Part shown: positions 63,689-64,000 of the stretch, piece by piece | Numbering within the stretch: position 1 is the first letter of the stretch | How the letters are laid out: each line of letters starts with the position of its first letter | NCBI GenBank assembly: GCA_030704615.1 | Contig: CM060733.1 | Span: 58,156,001 to 58,220,000, forward strand | DNA length: 64,000 nucleotides | Direction: 5' to 3' | DNA from: Takakia lepidozioides | Lineage: Eukaryota; Plantae; Bryophyta | The notes under the pieces: model-generated | What the model was told of the DNA's origin: nothing | Database searches by the model: none | What the model saw: only the letters and a program-made list of their open reading frames with translations | Program-made: the position numbers and the translations under genes

Positions 63689-64000
63689 TGTATCAACCTG
63701 ATTATGGTTTGGAAGCCCATACTAGACGGTTCCAGATAGATCGAAAATTCATAGGGTAACCTACCTGTAGGGTATGATTAGGGTTTCGGGGATGACGATA
63801 CCCTAACTGATTGGTCTCGGCTCATCGGTTGTTGATATTGTTACTTGTTTTGTCGTTCGAACTCGGTTGCTCGTTTCGCCGTTCAAGTATCACTTTGGAG
63901 GGTAGAGATGACGGCAGATTTGGTGAGATTCTTGGCTTTGGTTTTGGCTACGGAGGGAATTGCAATGAAGGTGGTTTGTTGGCTTTCAATGCAACATTCA

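Overview
This is eukaryotic land-plant genomic DNA; the spliceosomal introns, PLS-class PPR fragment and Tcn1-like chromovirus suggest a bryophyte or other non-seed plant (inference). There is one apparently intact host gene, a 3-exon GA20ox-like 2-oxoglutarate/Fe(II) dioxygenase (12319-14608). Most of the rest is nested transposons. On the left are TTAA-specific piggyBac-like insertions holding a hAT MITE, a second MITE and a tRNA-derived SINE. From 19465 to 63688 a Ty3/gypsy LTR pair encloses a hAT element whose transposase is split by CACTA-A (25196-36084, TSD ATT), a CACTA MITE (44872-45721, TSD TTG), CACTA-B (47976-60359, TSD GTG), foldback elements and a pogo-like remnant. The most unusual signal is chromatin- or modification-enzyme-like cargo in and beside these DNA transposons: an intron-containing beta-class N4C/N6A DNA methyltransferase-like gene, a RING-H2 gene, a SET domain lying inside a CACTA transposase gene, an FCP1/NIF HAD phosphatase domain in a CACTA TnpA-like gene, and a satellite derived from a captured PPR fragment. 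Most cargo copies here are decayed. Domain calls come from motif recognition by eye, not database searches.
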